DNA from: Burkholderiales bacterium
Lineage (GTDB): Bacteria; Pseudomonadota; Gammaproteobacteria; Burkholderiales; JAEUOS01
NCBI GenBank assembly: GCA_016790695.1
Contig: JAEUOS010000179.1
Coordinates: 14,297 to 78,296, forward strand
Reading direction: 5' to 3'
Length of the DNA: 64,000 nucleotides
The notes under the pieces are model-generated. The model was not told the origin of the DNA and did no database searches. It saw only the letters and a program-made list of their open reading frames with translations. Positions 1 through 11,136 of this stretch are shown here, piece after piece (positions within the stretch are counted from its first letter, which is position 1; each line of letters starts with the position of its first letter). Both the position numbers and the translations under genes were made by a program.

Positions 1-246
1 CTCGTTCATCACCGGCAGGTCCTTCTGGAAACGCTCGCTTTCGGTGCGCAGACGATTGGTCAGATCGTTCAACTCGCGCTCGCGGCGCGAGAATTCGCCC
101 TCGAGCTTCTTCTCGGCGCGCTTGGCGGCCTCCGATTCGCGGAAGATCCGCTCGGTGTTGACGAAGCCGATCTTGCTCTGCGCCAGGGCGGTGCCGGAGA
201 CAACGGCCACCAGCACCGACCCCGCCAGCCATGCTGCATATCGCAT
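1..246 (-). CDS. skp: Periplasmic chaperone Skp/OmpH, N-terminal part (gene runs off left edge)
   Basis: Not in the ORF track (no stop in window). Manual translation from ATG at 246: MRYAAWLAGSVLVAVVSGTALAQSKIGFVNTERIFRESEAAKRAEKKLEGEF... This shows a signal peptide plus an OmpH-like charged coiled coil. It lies directly downstream of bamA, as is typical. Confidence 0.8.
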   Translation of the reverse strand, partial: MRYAAWLAGSVLVAVVSGTALAQSKIGFVNTERIFRESEAAKRAEKKLEGEFSRRERELNDLTNRLRTESERFQKDLPVMNE

Positions 247-304
247 CGAGGACCTACTCGGAAAACGGAACATCCGCTATTTTGCCACGCACGGCGCTCC
301 GCCG

Positions 305-2605
305 CTAGAACGCGGTCCCGGCGGTGAACTGCAGTCTCTGCAGGCGGTCTCCGGCCTGGTTGTTGAGCGGCAGGGCCCAGCTCAGACGCAGGGGCCCGAA
401 CGGCGACTGCCAGTCCAGCCCCAGGCCGGTCGAATAGCGGAAGCTGCCGCCGGAAATCGGGCCCGAGCCGTAGACGCGGCCGCCGTCGACGAATGCAGCC
501 AGACGCACCGACCGGTCCTTCGACAGTCCGGGGAAGGGGAACAGGAACTCGATGGTTCCGGTGAGCCGGCGCTCGCCGCCGAGAATGCTCTCGTCGGTGT
601 CGCGCGGCCCGAGGGAGTTGATGTCGTAGCCGCGCACGCTGCCGATGCCGCCGGCGTAGTAGCGCTTGTTGAAGGGCAGCGGCTTGTCGATGCCGCGCGC
701 GATGCCGACGTCGCCGCGCAGGTACAGGGTGTAGAGCTTGCCGATCGGGTAGTACCAGCGATCGACGTAGTTCATGCGCCAGTACTGCACGTTGCCGCCC
801 GGCAGGCCGAGCTCCATGCCGGCGTTCTGGAGCCGGCCGCTGCGCGTGTAGACGGCACTGTCCCGCGTGTCGCGAATCCAGGCCGCCGATGCCGGCAGGG
901 TGCGCACGTTCGATCCGTAGGTGGTGACGTAGCTCAGCAGGCGGGTCGGCGCCAGCACGCCGAGGCTGTAGTTGGTCGCGTCGATCGCCAGGCCGAAGAT
1001 GAAGGTGTCCTTGGCCGTGTACGGATAGCCGAAGCGCACGCCGGCCCCGGTGCTGCGCGTCTGGTAGTCACCCAGGTTGACGTTGGCGGCGTTGAAGTCG
1101 CGATGGTAGAGGTCGAAACCGCGGCTGATGCCGTCGACGGTGAAATACGGATTGTTGTGCGACAGCGAGTAGATCTTGTTGGTGCGCCCCGTGCTGATCG
1201 ACGCCGCGACGTAATTGCCGCTGCCGAAGATGTTCGCCTGGGCGATCGAGGTCGACAGCACCAGCTTCTCCGAGCTCGAGAACCCCGCGCCGAGCAGCAA
1301 CTGGCCGGTCGGCTTCTCCTCGACCTTGATGTTCACGTCGACCTGGTCCGGCGTACCCGCCACCGCGGGCGTCTCGATGCTCGTCTCCTTGAAGTAGTCG
1401 AGCCGGTCGAGGCGCTTCTTCGATTCGTTGATCTTCTCGCCATCGTAGTACGAGCCCTCGAGCTGGCGCAGCTCGCGGCGCACCACCTCGTCGCGCGTAC
1501 GCGTGTTGCCGGCGATGTTGACGCGGCGCACGTAGACGCGCCGGCCCGGATCGATGAAGATCGTGAAGGCGACGGTCTGCTTGTCGCGGTCGATCTCGGG
1601 CGCGGCATTGGCATTGGCGAAGGCATACCCCTCGTTGCCGAGGCGGTCCTGGATCTTCTTGGTCGACGCGGTGAGACGCTCGCCGTTGAACACGTCGCCC
1701 GGCTTGAACTCGAGCAGTGCGCGCAGCTGCGCCTCCGGAACCACCAGTTCGCCCGCGAGCTTGACCTCGGAGACGGTGAACTTGCGGCCCTCACGGATGC
1801 CGATGGTGATGTAGATGTCCTTCTTGTCCGGCGTGATCGACACCTGGGTCGACTCGACGGCGAACTCGAGGTAGCCGCGATTGAGGTAGAACGACCGCAA
1901 TGCCTCGATGTCGGCGGTGAGCTTCTGCTTGGAATACTGGTCGTCCTTGGTGTACCAGGAGAACCAGCCGCCCTCGGAAAGCTCGAATTCCTCGAGCAGA
2001 ACGCTCTCGCGGAACGCCGAAGCGCCGACGATGTTGATCTTCCGGATCTTCGCCGTCTCGCCTTCCTCGACGGCGAAGTTGAGGCCGACGCGATTGCGGT
2101 CCAGGGGCGTGACCGTCGTCTTGACGGTCATCCCGTACAGGCCGCGCGACAGGTACTGGCGCTTGAGCTCCTGCTCGGCACGGTCGAGCATCGACCGGTC
2201 GAAGATGCGCCCTTCGGCGAGCCCGGCCTCGCGCAGCGATTTCTTGACGGCGTCGGCCTCGAACGCCTTGAGCCCGGTGAAGTCGATCTGGGCGATCGCC
2301 GGGCGCTCCTCGACCGCGACGATCAGGATGTCGCCCTCGACCTCGATGCGCACGTCCTTGAAGAATCCCGTCGCGAACAGCGCCCGGATCGACTCGGCGG
2401 CGCGCTCCTCCGTCATGCGGTCGCCGACCTTGACCGGCAGGTAGCCGAACACGGTGCCCGCCTCGGTCCGCTGCACCCCTTCGACGCGGATGTCGCGGAT
2501 GACGAAGGGTTCGAACGCTAATGCGAGGCGCATCGGCGCGAGCAGACAGGCGACGAGCACGCCTGCCAAGAGCGCGCCCCGGCACGCGAATCGGACAAAG
2601 ACCAA
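305..2605 (-). CDS. bamA: Outer membrane protein assembly factor BamA
   Basis: 766-aa ORF. Signal peptide ends ...LALA/FEPF, followed by POTRA-type repeats (FVIRDIRVEGVQRTE...). The C-terminal barrel ends ...LQFTAGTAF with an aromatic terminus. TTG start at 2605. Confidence 0.95.
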   Translation of the reverse strand: MVFVRFACRGALLAGVLVACLLAPMRLALAFEPFVIRDIRVEGVQRTEAGTVFGYLPVKVGDRMTEERAAESIRALFATGFFKDVRIEVEGDILIVAVEERPAIAQIDFTGLKAFEADAVKKSLREAGLAEGRIFDRSMLDRAEQELKRQYLSRGLYGMTVKTTVTPLDRNRVGLNFAVEEGETAKIRKINIVGASAFRESVLLEEFELSEGGWFSWYTKDDQYSKQKLTADIEALRSFYLNRGYLEFAVESTQVSITPDKKDIYITIGIREGRKFTVSEVKLAGELVVPEAQLRALLEFKPGDVFNGERLTASTKKIQDRLGNEGYAFANANAAPEIDRDKQTVAFTIFIDPGRRVYVRRVNIAGNTRTRDEVVRRELRQLEGSYYDGEKINESKKRLDRLDYFKETSIETPAVAGTPDQVDVNIKVEEKPTGQLLLGAGFSSSEKLVLSTSIAQANIFGSGNYVAASISTGRTNKIYSLSHNNPYFTVDGISRGFDLYHRDFNAANVNLGDYQTRSTGAGVRFGYPYTAKDTFIFGLAIDATNYSLGVLAPTRLLSYVTTYGSNVRTLPASAAWIRDTRDSAVYTRSGRLQNAGMELGLPGGNVQYWRMNYVDRWYYPIGKLYTLYLRGDVGIARGIDKPLPFNKRYYAGGIGSVRGYDINSLGPRDTDESILGGERRLTGTIEFLFPFPGLSKDRSVRLAAFVDGGRVYGSGPISGGSFRYSTGLGLDWQSPFGPLRLSWALPLNNQAGDRLQRLQFTAGTAF

Positions 2606-2614
2606 GACGGAACT

Positions 2615-3964
2615 CTAGCCGGCCAGCAGCCGATGGATGTCGTTGTAAAGGGCAACCGCCATGGTGGTGATCACGATGGCAAACCCGACCCTGGTGCCGA
2701 ACTCCGCAACCTTTTCCGGAACCGGCTTTCCCCTCAGAAATTCCAGCAAATAATACAACAGATGCCCTCCATCCAGCAGCGGAATCGGCAGCAGATTGAG
2801 CACGCCGAGGCTGATCGACACCAGGGCGAGGAAGTTCAGGTAGTAGGTCAATCCGAGTCGCGCGGTCTTGCCGGCGTAGTCGGCGATCGTCACCGGTCCG
2901 GAGAGATTGCGCCACGACACGTCCCCCAGCACCATCCTGCCCAGCATCTTCAGGCTGAACACCGACATGTCCCAGGTCTGCCCAAGACTGCGCGTCAGAC
3001 CGTCGAGCGCGCCGTAACGCACCAGCACCGGCGCCGCCCGGTCGCTGATGCGCGCGCCGATGCGGCCGACCCGGCCGCCGTCGGCGTCGACCGGCGCCGG
3101 CGTGACGTGCAGCGAGAGCGCCGCGCCGTCGCGCCGGACGTCGATCGACAGGCGCGAACCGGGGCTCGCGCGCATGGCCGCGACGAACTCGTCGCCGCTG
3201 GCGATCGCGCGACCCGCGACGGCGACGACGACATCGCCGGCGCGCAGGCCGCCGCGCGCCGCCGGGGAATCGGGCTCGGTCTCGACGATCCGCGGCGGCG
3301 GCCGGAACAGTGTCATGCCGAGCGCCTTCATGAAGTCGCCGTCGAGGTCGGGCGCCCCGCCCTGGCGTCCGAAATCCATCGCCAGGAACGCGATCTCGCC
3401 GCCGTGCCGACGGACCTCGAGCCGGGCAACCGCGCCGGCCTCGGCGGCACGCAGCAGGGTCCAATGCAGATCGTTCCATGAAACGATTGCCTTGCCGTCG
3501 ACCGCCGCGACGCGGTCGCCCGGGATGACCCCCGCCCGTTCCGCGGCGGAGCCGGCGGCGGGCCGGCCCAGCCATGCCGGCGGCTCCTCGACACCGGCCA
3601 GATTCAAGCCCCAATAGAGCGCGATGGCGAGCAGGAAGTTGGCCAGGGGGCCGGCAGCGATGATGAACGCGCGCGCGGCCAGCGGACGGCGATTGAATGC
3701 GCGATGCGCCTCGCCGGGCGCGACCTCGTCCTCCGGATCGTGCCCGAACAGCTTCACGTAGCCGCCGAGCGGGATTGCGGCGATCGCCCACTCGGTGCCG
3801 TCCTTGCCGTAGCGGCGCATCCAGACCGGCCGGCCGAATCCCAGGCAGAAACGGAGCACCCGAACGCCGCACAGGCGCGCGGCCAGGAAATGGCCGAACT
3901 CGTGGAAGGCGATCAGCACGCCAAGCGCCACCACGAACGCCACCAACGTCGACAGGAGGCTCAT
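2615..3964 (-). CDS. rseP: RIP zinc metalloprotease RseP
   Basis: 449 aa with an HEFGH zinc motif near the N-terminus ([12 protein letters not shown]), a PDZ-like middle and an [12 protein letters not shown] motif. ATGA overlap with the dxr stop. Confidence 0.93.
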   Translation of the reverse strand: MSLLSTLVAFVVALGVLIAFHEFGHFLAARLCGVRVLRFCLGFGRPVWMRRYGKDGTEWAIAAIPLGGYVKLFGHDPEDEVAPGEAHRAFNRRPLAARAFIIAAGPLANFLLAIALYWGLNLAGVEEPPAWLGRPAAGSAAERAGVIPGDRVAAVDGKAIVSWNDLHWTLLRAAEAGAVARLEVRRHGGEIAFLAMDFGRQGGAPDLDGDFMKALGMTLFRPPPRIVETEPDSPAARGGLRAGDVVVAVAGRAIASGDEFVAAMRASPGSRLSIDVRRDGAALSLHVTPAPVDADGGRVGRIGARISDRAAPVLVRYGALDGLTRSLGQTWDMSVFSLKMLGRMVLGDVSWRNLSGPVTIADYAGKTARLGLTYYLNFLALVSISLGVLNLLPIPLLDGGHLLYYLLEFLRGKPVPEKVAEFGTRVGFAIVITTMAVALYNDIHRLLAG

Positions 3965-5130
3965 CGGATGTACTCGAGTGCCGCGCGGCGCGCGTCCCGG
4001 TCGGCGTCCAGCACCGCATCGAGATCCGCGAGCGGCCGCGCCGGCAGCGCCGACATCACGCGGTCGACCAGCGCCGCGATGCCGGTGAACGCCAGGCGTC
4101 CCTCGAGGAACGCCTGGACCGCCACCTCATTGGCCGCGTTGAGCGTCGCCGGATGCGTGCCCGCGGCCTCGAGCGCCGCATAGGCCAGGCGCAGACAGGG
4201 AAACCGCGCATGGTCCGGCGCCTCGAAGGTGAACTGCGCAAGCTTGAAGATGTCGAACGGGGCGACCCCGGCCTCGATGCGGTCCGGGTAGGCCAGGGTC
4301 TGGGCGATCGGGGTGCGCATGTCCGGGTTGCCCAGCTGCGCCAGCACCGAACCATCGGCGTATTCCACCATCGAGTGGATCACGCTTTGCGGGTGGATCA
4401 CGACCTCGATCTCGTCGCCGGCGGCGCCGAACAGCCAGTGCGCCTCGATCACCTCGAGCCCCTTGTTCATCATCGTCGCCGAGTCCACCGAGATCTTGCG
4501 GCCCATGACCCAGTTCGGATGGGCGCAGGCCTGCGCTGGGGTGACCCCGGCGAGGCGCTCGATCGGCAGCGTGCGGAACGGCCCGCCGGACGCGGTCAGG
4601 AGGATGCGCCGCACGCCGTGCCCGGCGAGGCCGCGCGCGAAACCGGCGGGCAGCGACTGGAAGATCGCGTTGTGCTCGCTGTCGACCGGCAGGATGGTGG
4701 CGCCGCCCTGCGCCGCAGCCTCCAGAAACACCGGTCCGGCCATCACCAGCGCCTCCTTGTTGGCAAGCAGGATGCGCTTGCCCGCCCGCGCCGCCGCCAG
4801 CGCGGGCTTGAGGCCGGCGGCCCCGACGATGGCGGCGACCACGGTGTCGGCCTCCGCGGCCTGCGCCGCGGCGACCGCGCCCTCCTCGCCCGCCAGCACC
4901 TCGGTGGCGCTGCCGGCCTCGCGCAGGCGCCGCGCGAGCCGGTGCGCGGCGTCCGCGTCCGCGAGCACGGCCAAGCGCGGCGCGTGACGCATGCACTGGT
5001 CGAACAGCGAATCGGCGCTCGATCGCGCGACCAGCGCGTACACGCCGAAGCGCCCGGGATGGCGCGCCACGACGTCGAGCGTGCTCTCGCCGATCGATCC
5101 GGTTGAGCCGAGGATGGTGAGCCAGCGCAT
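3961..5130 (-). CDS. dxr: 1-deoxy-D-xylulose-5-phosphate reductoisomerase
   Basis: [21 protein letters not shown]... with the GSTGSIG NADPH motif. The track ORF to 5637 is upstream read-through. An alternative ATG at 5142 overlaps the cdsA stop as ATGA. Confidence 0.92.
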   Translation of the reverse strand: MRWLTILGSTGSIGESTLDVVARHPGRFGVYALVARSSADSLFDQCMRHAPRLAVLADADAAHRLARRLREAGSATEVLAGEEGAVAAAQAAEADTVVAAIVGAAGLKPALAAARAGKRILLANKEALVMAGPVFLEAAAQGGATILPVDSEHNAIFQSLPAGFARGLAGHGVRRILLTASGGPFRTLPIERLAGVTPAQACAHPNWVMGRKISVDSATMMNKGLEVIEAHWLFGAAGDEIEVVIHPQSVIHSMVEYADGSVLAQLGNPDMRTPIAQTLAYPDRIEAGVAPFDIFKLAQFTFEAPDHARFPCLRLAYAALEAAGTHPATLNAANEVAVQAFLEGRLAFTGIAALVDRVMSALPARPLADLDAVLDADRDARRAALEYIR

Positions 5131-5138
5131 TGCCGCGA

Positions 5139-6005
5139 TCATCCTGCCGGTTGCAGGGCGGCGAAGAGCAGCATCGCGATCGGCATCGTCGGGATCAGCG
5201 CATCGATGCGGTCGAGGACGCCGCCGTGGCCGGGAAGGAGGCCGCTCGAGTCCTTGACCCCGGCACGCCGCTTGAGCAGCGACTCGAACAGGTCGCCGAG
5301 GACGCTGAAGCCGACCAAGAGCGCCACGACCGCGAGCGCGCCCACGAAACCTCCGGGGCCGAGGCGGCCGGCCGCCGCGAACAGCCAGGCGAACCAGGAG
5401 TCCCAGGCGCCCCCTGCCGCCGTGGTCAGGCCGGCGCAGACCACCGCGAGCAGGATGCCTGCGGCGAGACCGCCGGCCACGCCTTCCCAGGTCTTGCCCG
5501 GACTCACCGCCGGCGCCAGCTTGTGCCGCCCGAAGCGGCGCCCGGCGAAATAGGCGCCGATGTCCGCAACCCACACCAGCCCCATGAGCAGGAACAGAAA
5601 GAGGGCGCCGGCGGCGCGCGCCTGCACCACCGCCCACCAGCAGGGCAGCAGCAGCATCAACCCGAGCGCGGCCAGCCAGCGGCCACGCGGCGCGCCGGCC
5701 CCGCGGGTCGCCCAGCTGACGGCGATGCCGGCCCAGCCGATCGCGGCGACCGAGAATGCCGCAAGGCTGACCGGCGCGGCGTCACCGCGCGCCGCCATCC
5801 CCAACGCGAGCGCTCCCGCCACGGTGAGGCCGGCATATGCGAGCGCCGCAGGCATGCCGAACCCGCACAGGCGCGCCCATTCCCAGGCGGCCGCGGCAAC
5901 GAAGACCAGCACGAACATCGCGAATCCGTCGACAGGCAGCCAGAGCAGGGCCGGCACCACCAGCGCCAGCAAGACCAAGGCGGTGATGAACCGCGTCCTA
6001 AGCAT
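5139..6005 (-). CDS. cdsA: Phosphatidate cytidylyltransferase
   Basis: The true start [13 protein letters not shown]... is the ATG at 6005 inside a longer ORF. Multi-TM protein with the C-terminal signature [27 protein letters not shown]. 8-nt overlap with uppS. Confidence 0.9.
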   Translation of the reverse strand: MLRTRFITALVLLALVVPALLWLPVDGFAMFVLVFVAAAAWEWARLCGFGMPAALAYAGLTVAGALALGMAARGDAAPVSLAAFSVAAIGWAGIAVSWATRGAGAPRGRWLAALGLMLLLPCWWAVVQARAAGALFLFLLMGLVWVADIGAYFAGRRFGRHKLAPAVSPGKTWEGVAGGLAAGILLAVVCAGLTTAAGGAWDSWFAWLFAAAGRLGPGGFVGALAVVALLVGFSVLGDLFESLLKRRAGVKDSSGLLPGHGGVLDRIDALIPTMPIAMLLFAALQPAG

Positions 6006-6798
6006 CGGCGCGCTGATCGACGCGCGCGGTCGGCGGGGGATCGTCGGCCGGCGCCCGCCGCGCTTCGCGGACCTGCTCGCTGGTCCGCCCGAAGCGGCGC
6101 TCGCGTCGCCGGTACGAGGCGATCGCGAGGTCGAGCTCGCGCGCATCGAAGTCCGGCCAGAAGGTCTCGGTGAAATAGAGCTCGGTGTAGGCCAGCTGCC
6201 AGATGAGGAAATTGCTGATCCGCGTCTCGCCGCCCGTGCGGATGAACAGGTCGGGCTCCGGCGCGTGCGCCATCGCCAGGAACGGCGCGAGATCGGATTC
6301 GCCGAAGCCGCCGGCGAGCTCGGGCCGCGCCGCCAGCATCGCCCGGGTGGCCTGGATGATGTCCCACCGACCGCCGTAGTTCGCACAGATCGTGAGCACC
6401 AGCTTGGTGTTCTTCGCCGTCTTCTCCTCGGCGCGCGCGATGAGTTCGCGCAGGACGCCGTCGAACGCCGCGAGGTCGCCGACGATCCTCAGCCGCACGC
6501 CGCTCGCATGCAGTTTCGCCACCTCCTGTTCGAGCATCAGGCGGAACAACTGCATCAGCACCGACACCTCCTCCGGTGGGCGCCGCCAGTTCTCCGACGA
6601 GAAGGCGAACAGCGTCAGGTACTCGACTCCGCGCTCGACCGAGGCCCGCACCGCCTCGCGCACGGCGTCGACGCCGCGCTGGTGGCCCGCCACGCGCGGC
6701 AGATAGCGGCGCGTCGCCCAGCGCCCGTTGCCGTCCATGATGATGGCGACATGGCGGGGCACGCTCGACACCTCGGGAATGGTGATCGTGGAGCTCAC
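5998..6798 (-). CDS. uppS: Di-trans,poly-cis-undecaprenyl-diphosphate synthase
   Basis: 266 aa with the cis-prenyltransferase motif [17 protein letters not shown] start at 6798. Confidence 0.93.
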   Translation of the reverse strand: MSSTITIPEVSSVPRHVAIIMDGNGRWATRRYLPRVAGHQRGVDAVREAVRASVERGVEYLTLFAFSSENWRRPPEEVSVLMQLFRLMLEQEVAKLHASGVRLRIVGDLAAFDGVLRELIARAEEKTAKNTKLVLTICANYGGRWDIIQATRAMLAARPELAGGFGESDLAPFLAMAHAPEPDLFIRTGGETRISNFLIWQLAYTELYFTETFWPDFDARELDLAIASYRRRERRFGRTSEQVREARRAPADDPPPTARVDQRADA

Positions 6799-6828
6799 GG
6801 CAGCTGGGGCGGGCAGCGGAGCGGCCGT

Positions 6829-7389
6829 TCAGACCGCCATGATCTCCGCTTCCTTGGCCACGAGCAGCTTGTCGATCTCGCCGATCGAGCGGTCGGTCAG
6901 CTTCTGCACGTCGTCCTGCGCGCGGCGCTCCTCGTCCTCCGAGACCGCCTTGTCCTTGAGCAGGCGCTTCAGCTGCTCGTTGGCCTCGCGCCGCAGGTTG
7001 CGCACCGCGACGCGCGCGTTCTCCCCCTCGCCCTTGACGACCTTGACGAGCTCCTTGCGCCGCTGCTCGGTGAGCGCCGGCATCGGCACCCGGATCATGT
7101 CTCCCTGGGTGGAGGGGTTGAGCCCGAGGCCGGATTCGCGGATGGCCTTCTCGATGACCGGCACCAGCTTCTTGTCCCACGGCTGCACGCCGATGGTGCG
7201 CGCGTCGAGCAACGTGACCTTCGCCGTCTGGTTGATCGGCGTCGATGCCCCGTAGTTGTCGACATGGATCTGGTCGAGGAGCCCGGCATGGGCCCTGCCG
7301 GTGCGGACCTTGGCGATGTCGTTCTTGAAGGCCTCGATCGAGCGCTGCATCTTCTGCTCGGTCGCCTTGCGGATGTCGGCGATGGTCAT
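6829..7389 (-). CDS. frr: Ribosome recycling factor
   Basis: [39 protein letters not shown]... The start is the ATG at 7389. The longer track ORF overlaps the pyrH end. Confidence 0.93.
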   Translation of the reverse strand: MTIADIRKATEQKMQRSIEAFKNDIAKVRTGRAHAGLLDQIHVDNYGASTPINQTAKVTLLDARTIGVQPWDKKLVPVIEKAIRESGLGLNPSTQGDMIRVPMPALTEQRRKELVKVVKGEGENARVAVRNLRREANEQLKRLLKDKAVSEDEERRAQDDVQKLTDRSIGEIDKLLVAKEAEIMAV

Positions 7390-7411
7390 CACGAGTTCCC
7401 GAAAGGAAGCG

Positions 7412-8131
7412 TCAGACGTGGACAAGTGTACCTTCGTTTTCGCCCATGATGATGCGCTTCAGGGCGCCCGGCGAAAAGATGGAAAAGACGCTGATTGGCA
7501 GCTTCTGGTCGCGGCACAGGGCGAACGCGGTGGCGTCCATCACCTTCAGGTTCTTGATGATCGCCTCGTCGAAGGTGATCGTCGCGTACTTGCGGGCGCT
7601 GGCATCCTTGTTGGGATCGGCCGTGTAGACGCCGTCCACCTTGGTGCCCTTGAGGACGATCTCGGCGCCCATTTCGGACGCGCGCAGTGCCGCCGCCGTG
7701 TCGGTGGTGAAGAACGGATTGCCCGTCCCGGCGGCGAAGATCACCACCTTGCCCTCCTCGAGATAGCGCAGCGCCTTGTTGCGGATGTACGGCTCGACCA
7801 CCTGCTCGACCGAAAGCGCCGACTGCACGCGCGCCACGATCCCGTGCTGGCGCATCGCGTCCTGCAGCGCGAGCGCATTCATGATCGTGGCCAGCATGCC
7901 CATGTAATCCGCGGTGGCGCGGTCCATTCCCTGCGCTCCGGGCGCCACGCCGCGGAAGATGTTGCCGCCGCCGATGACGATGCTCATCTCGACGTCGAGC
8001 TTGGCGACCGCGGCGATCTCGGCGACGATGCGCTCGATGGTCGCGCGGTTGATGCCGTAGGCATCGTCGCCCATCAGGGCCTCGCCGGACAGCTTGAGCA
8101 GGAAGCGCTTGTACTTGGGTGTTTCCGCCAT
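7412..8131 (-). CDS. pyrH: UMP kinase
   Basis: 239 aa with [14 protein letters not shown], an amino-acid-kinase fold. Conserved pyrH-frr pairing. Confidence 0.95.
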   Translation of the reverse strand: MAETPKYKRFLLKLSGEALMGDDAYGINRATIERIVAEIAAVAKLDVEMSIVIGGGNIFRGVAPGAQGMDRATADYMGMLATIMNALALQDAMRQHGIVARVQSALSVEQVVEPYIRNKALRYLEEGKVVIFAAGTGNPFFTTDTAAALRASEMGAEIVLKGTKVDGVYTADPNKDASARKYATITFDEAIIKNLKVMDATAFALCRDQKLPISVFSIFSPGALKRIIMGENEGTLVHV

Positions 8132-8184
8132 GACTTGCCTGGGAATGTAGGTTGCGGGGATCGAGCCGGCGTGCCGCTCGCGAC

Positions 8185-8212
8185 AAAAAAAACGGGCCTA
8201 CGCTAGGCCCGT
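8185..8212 (-). terminator. Rho-independent terminator downstream of tsf
   Basis: On the minus strand the sequence reads ACGGGCC-tagcgta-GGCCCGT followed by TTTTTTTT. It begins 9 nt after the tsf stop. Confidence 0.75.
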
Positions 8213-8220
8213 CCGGGAGA

Positions 8221-9117
8221 TCAGGCCTTTCTGGCCGCCGCCATCTGCTCCGCGACCTCCGCCGCGAAATCGGTGGTCTTCTTCTCGATGCCCTCGCCGA
8301 CGATGTAGAGGACGAAGCGGTTGACCGCGGCCGACTTCGCCTTGAGCAGCTGCTCGATGGTCTGCTTGCCGTCCTCGGCCTTGACGAACACCTGTCCCAG
8401 CAGCGTCACGGTCTTGAGGTATTTCTGCACCGTGCCTTCCGCGATCTTGTCCAACATCGCGGCGGGCTTGCCTTCCTCGCGCGCCTTCTCCACCGCGATG
8501 CGGCGCTCGGTGTCGAGGAGATCCTGGGGAACGCCGGCGGCGTCGAGCGCCTTGGGCTTGGACGCGGCGATATGCATCGCCAGGTCGCGGGCGAGCTGCT
8601 CGTCGCCGCCGGTGACGTCGACGAGCACGCCGATCTTCGAGCCGCCGTGCACGTAGCTGGTCAGGCGACCGACGGCGGACAGACGGGCGAAGCGGCGGAT
8701 AGACATGTTCTCGCCGATCTTGCCGACCAGCGCCTTGCGCACTTCCTCGACGGTTGCGCCGTCCATGGGGGCGGCCGAGAGGGCCTCGACACTGGCCGGA
8801 TCACTGCCCGCCACCAGCGCGGCCAGATTCTTCGAGAAGGCGACGAAGTCGTCGTTCTTGGCCACGAAGTCGGTCTCGGAGTTGAGTTCGACGATCGCGC
8901 CGACCTTGCCGTCCGCGGCGATGTTGACAGCGACCACGCCCTCGGCTGCGACCCGGGTCGCTGCCTTGCTGGCCTTGTTGCCGAGGCGCACGCGCAGGAT
9001 CTCCTCGGCCTTGCCGAGATCTCCGTCGGCCTCGGTCAGCGCCTTCTTGCATTCCATCATCGGCGCGTCGGTCTTCGCGCGCAGTTCTGCGACCATTCCT
9101 GCGGTGATTGCTGCCAT
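8221..9117 (-). CDS. tsf: Translation elongation factor Ts
   Basis: 298 aa with the N-terminal UBA-like segment [24 protein letters not shown]. Lies downstream of rpsB. Confidence 0.96.
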   Translation of the reverse strand: MAAITAGMVAELRAKTDAPMMECKKALTEADGDLGKAEEILRVRLGNKASKAATRVAAEGVVAVNIAADGKVGAIVELNSETDFVAKNDDFVAFSKNLAALVAGSDPASVEALSAAPMDGATVEEVRKALVGKIGENMSIRRFARLSAVGRLTSYVHGGSKIGVLVDVTGGDEQLARDLAMHIAASKPKALDAAGVPQDLLDTERRIAVEKAREEGKPAAMLDKIAEGTVQKYLKTVTLLGQVFVKAEDGKQTIEQLLKAKSAAVNRFVLYIVGEGIEKKTTDFAAEVAEQMAAARKA

Positions 9118-9243
9118 TTCCGTTGCTTCCCTGCGAGTTATTGATTGCGGTGGAGCGCCGCCCGCGGCGAACGGCCGCGCGCAGGCGCAGGAGGCGATGG
9201 CCTAACGACCGGCGGGCCGCGGCGCGACCCGCCGGCAACGCCG

Positions 9244-9981
9244 TCAGGAAGCCTCGACCTCGACATACTCGTCGCCGCCGGCGGCGACGATCTCGTTGAT
9301 CGACAGCGCACGCCCCTCGAGGATCGCATCGGCGACGCCGCGCGCGTAGAGCCGGATGGCGCGCGAGGAGTCGTCGTTGCCCGGGATCACGTGCGCGACG
9401 CCGTCGGGAGAGTGGTTGGTGTCGACCACGGCCACCACCGGAATGCCGAGCTTGCCCGCCTCGGTGATCGCGATCTTGTGGTAGCCGACGTCGATGACGA
9501 AGATCGCGTCCGGCAGCGACGCCATGTTCTTGATCCCGCCGATCGACTTCTGCAGCTTGTCCATTTCGCGCTTGAACATCAGCGCTTCCTTCTTGGACAT
9601 CTTGTCGACCTCGCCCGCCTCGACCGCGGTCTCCATTTCCTTGAGCCGCTTGATCGACGCCTTGACGGTCTTGAAGTTCGTCAGCATGCCGCCGAGCCAG
9701 CGCGCGTCGACGTACGGCATGCCGGCGCGTTCGGCCTCCTCGGCGATGATCTCGCGCGCCTGCCGCTTGGTGCCGACCATCAGGACGGTGCCCTTGTTGG
9801 CGGCCAGCGTGCGCAGGTACTTCATCGCGTCGTTGTACATCTCGAGCGTCTTCTCGAGATTGACGATGTGGATCTTGTTGCGATGGCCGAAGATGTACGG
9901 CGCCATCTTGGGATTCCAGAAGCGCGTCTGGTGTCCGAAGTGGACGCCGGCCTCGAGCATCTCCCGCATGGTGGTGGACAT
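9244..9981 (-). CDS. rpsB: 30S ribosomal protein S2
   Basis: [26 protein letters not shown]... A GGAG Shine-Dalgarno sits 9 nt upstream of the ATG at 9981. The longer track ORF is read-through. Confidence 0.95.
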   Translation of the reverse strand: MSTTMREMLEAGVHFGHQTRFWNPKMAPYIFGHRNKIHIVNLEKTLEMYNDAMKYLRTLAANKGTVLMVGTKRQAREIIAEEAERAGMPYVDARWLGGMLTNFKTVKASIKRLKEMETAVEAGEVDKMSKKEALMFKREMDKLQKSIGGIKNMASLPDAIFVIDVGYHKIAITEAGKLGIPVVAVVDTNHSPDGVAHVIPGNDDSSRAIRLYARGVADAILEGRALSINEIVAAGGDEYVEVEAS

Positions 9982-10168
9982 GGATGTGGACTCCGATTCA
10001 GGGTTGACCTCCTTCCGCCGGCAGCCGGCCGCCGACGATGCGGACGGTCGCGACCACCCCAAAATGGGCGGAAGTGCGAATTTGCCCGGCGCAACCGCGC
10101 CCGCCGACGGACGGCGCACGCGGAAGCGGACCGCCCGCCGGTGTTGGCACCGGGACGGTAAAATCGCT

Positions 10169-10197
10169 TTGATAAACGCCGAGCAGCCTTATATTAT
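10169..10197 (+). promoter_or_regulatory. Candidate sigma70 promoter for map (TTGATA-17 nt-TATTAT)
   Basis: An AT-rich island in an otherwise GC-rich intergenic region. TTGATA is at 10169-10174, then a 17-nt spacer, then TATTAT at 10192-10197, 73 nt before the map ATG. The complement of 10193-10198 reads TATAAT toward rpsB. Confidence 0.45.
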
Positions 10198-10269
10198 ATC
10201 CGATTCCGCTCACCAGATCACGCGTGCGCGACAGGCCCGACGGCCTGCGCGCGCCGATCCCCCGCCGTC

Positions 10270-11115
10270 ATGGCCATCACCATCAAGACCAAGGAAGACA
10301 TCGCCGGCATGCGCGTCGCCGGCAAGCTCGCCGCCGAGGTCCTCGACTACATCGCGCCGCACGTCCGGCCCGGCGTGACCACCGGCGAGCTCGACCGCCT
10401 GTGCCACCAGTACATGACCACCGTGCAGGGCACCATCCCGGCGCCGCTCGGCTATTGCCCGCCCGGCTACCGCCCGTTCCCGAAATCGATCTGCACCTCG
10501 GTGAACAATCAGGTGTGCCACGGCATCCCCGGCGACAAGGTGCTCAAGAAGGGCGACGTCGTCAACATCGACATCACCACCATCAAGGACGGCTACCACG
10601 GCGACACCAGCCGCATGTTCTACGTCGGCGAACCGTCGATCGCCGCGCGCCGGTTGTGCGAGGTCACGCTGGAGTGCATGTGGGCCGGCATCCTGCAGGT
10701 GCGGCCGGGCGCGCATCTCGGCGACATCGGGCACGTGATCCAGACCCATGCCGAGCGGCACGGGTTTTCCGTGGTGCGCGAGTTCTGCGGGCACGGCATC
10801 GGGAAGCGGTTTCACGAGGAACCCCAGGTGCTGCACTACGGCAAGCCGGGGACCCTGGCCGCGCTCGCGCCCGGGATGATCTTCACCATCGAGCCGATGA
10901 TCAATGCCGGGCGGCGCGAGATACGCGAGCTGGCCGACGGCTGGACCATCGTCACCAAGGACCACAGTCTGTCGGCCCAGTGGGAGCACACGGTTCTCGT
11001 CACCGAGACCGGCTACGAGGTCCTGACGGTCTCCGCCGGCATGCCGGCGATCCCCGCGGCGGCCCTGGCGCTGGCCCCCGCGACCGCCGCCGGCCCCGCT
11101 CCGGCGCACGCCTGA
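10270..11115 (+). CDS. map: Type I methionine aminopeptidase
   Basis: 281 aa: MAITIKTKEDIAGMRVAGKLAAEVL..., with MetAP-like blocks (VVNIDITTIKDGYHGDTSRMF, EFCGHGIG, FTIEPM). Confidence 0.95.
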   Translation: MAITIKTKEDIAGMRVAGKLAAEVLDYIAPHVRPGVTTGELDRLCHQYMTTVQGTIPAPLGYCPPGYRPFPKSICTSVNNQVCHGIPGDKVLKKGDVVNIDITTIKDGYHGDTSRMFYVGEPSIAARRLCEVTLECMWAGILQVRPGAHLGDIGHVIQTHAERHGFSVVREFCGHGIGKRFHEEPQVLHYGKPGTLAALAPGMIFTIEPMINAGRREIRELADGWTIVTKDHSLSAQWEHTVLVTETGYEVLTVSAGMPAIPAAALALAPATAAGPAPAHA

Positions 11116-11136
11116 GCCCGACGAGCCGCGGCGGCC

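Noticed and set aside
44-2521. 825-aa plus-strand ORF covering the bamA locus.
   Set aside because: It is antisense to an unmistakable bamA. The translation is Arg/Ala/Gly/Asp-rich with no motifs. This is a typical stop-poor antisense frame in high-GC DNA.
3961-5637. Long N-terminal extensions in the ORF track. Examples: dxr to 5637, moeA to 39654, mobB to 41348, thrC to 42061, sppA to 58097, the Rieske gene to 58963, cdsA to 6386 and the alpha-E gene to 15942.
   Set aside because: In each case the recognisable protein begins at an internal ATG/GTG that abuts or overlaps the upstream gene's stop. The extension is Arg/Pro-rich read-through across that neighbouring gene.
9209-9235. GC hairpin (CCGGCGGG-11 nt-CCCGCCGG) in the rpsB-tsf spacer as a terminator.
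   Set aside because: There is no U-tract on the transcribed strand. At most it is an intercistronic attenuator or processing structure, so it is not promoted to a feature.
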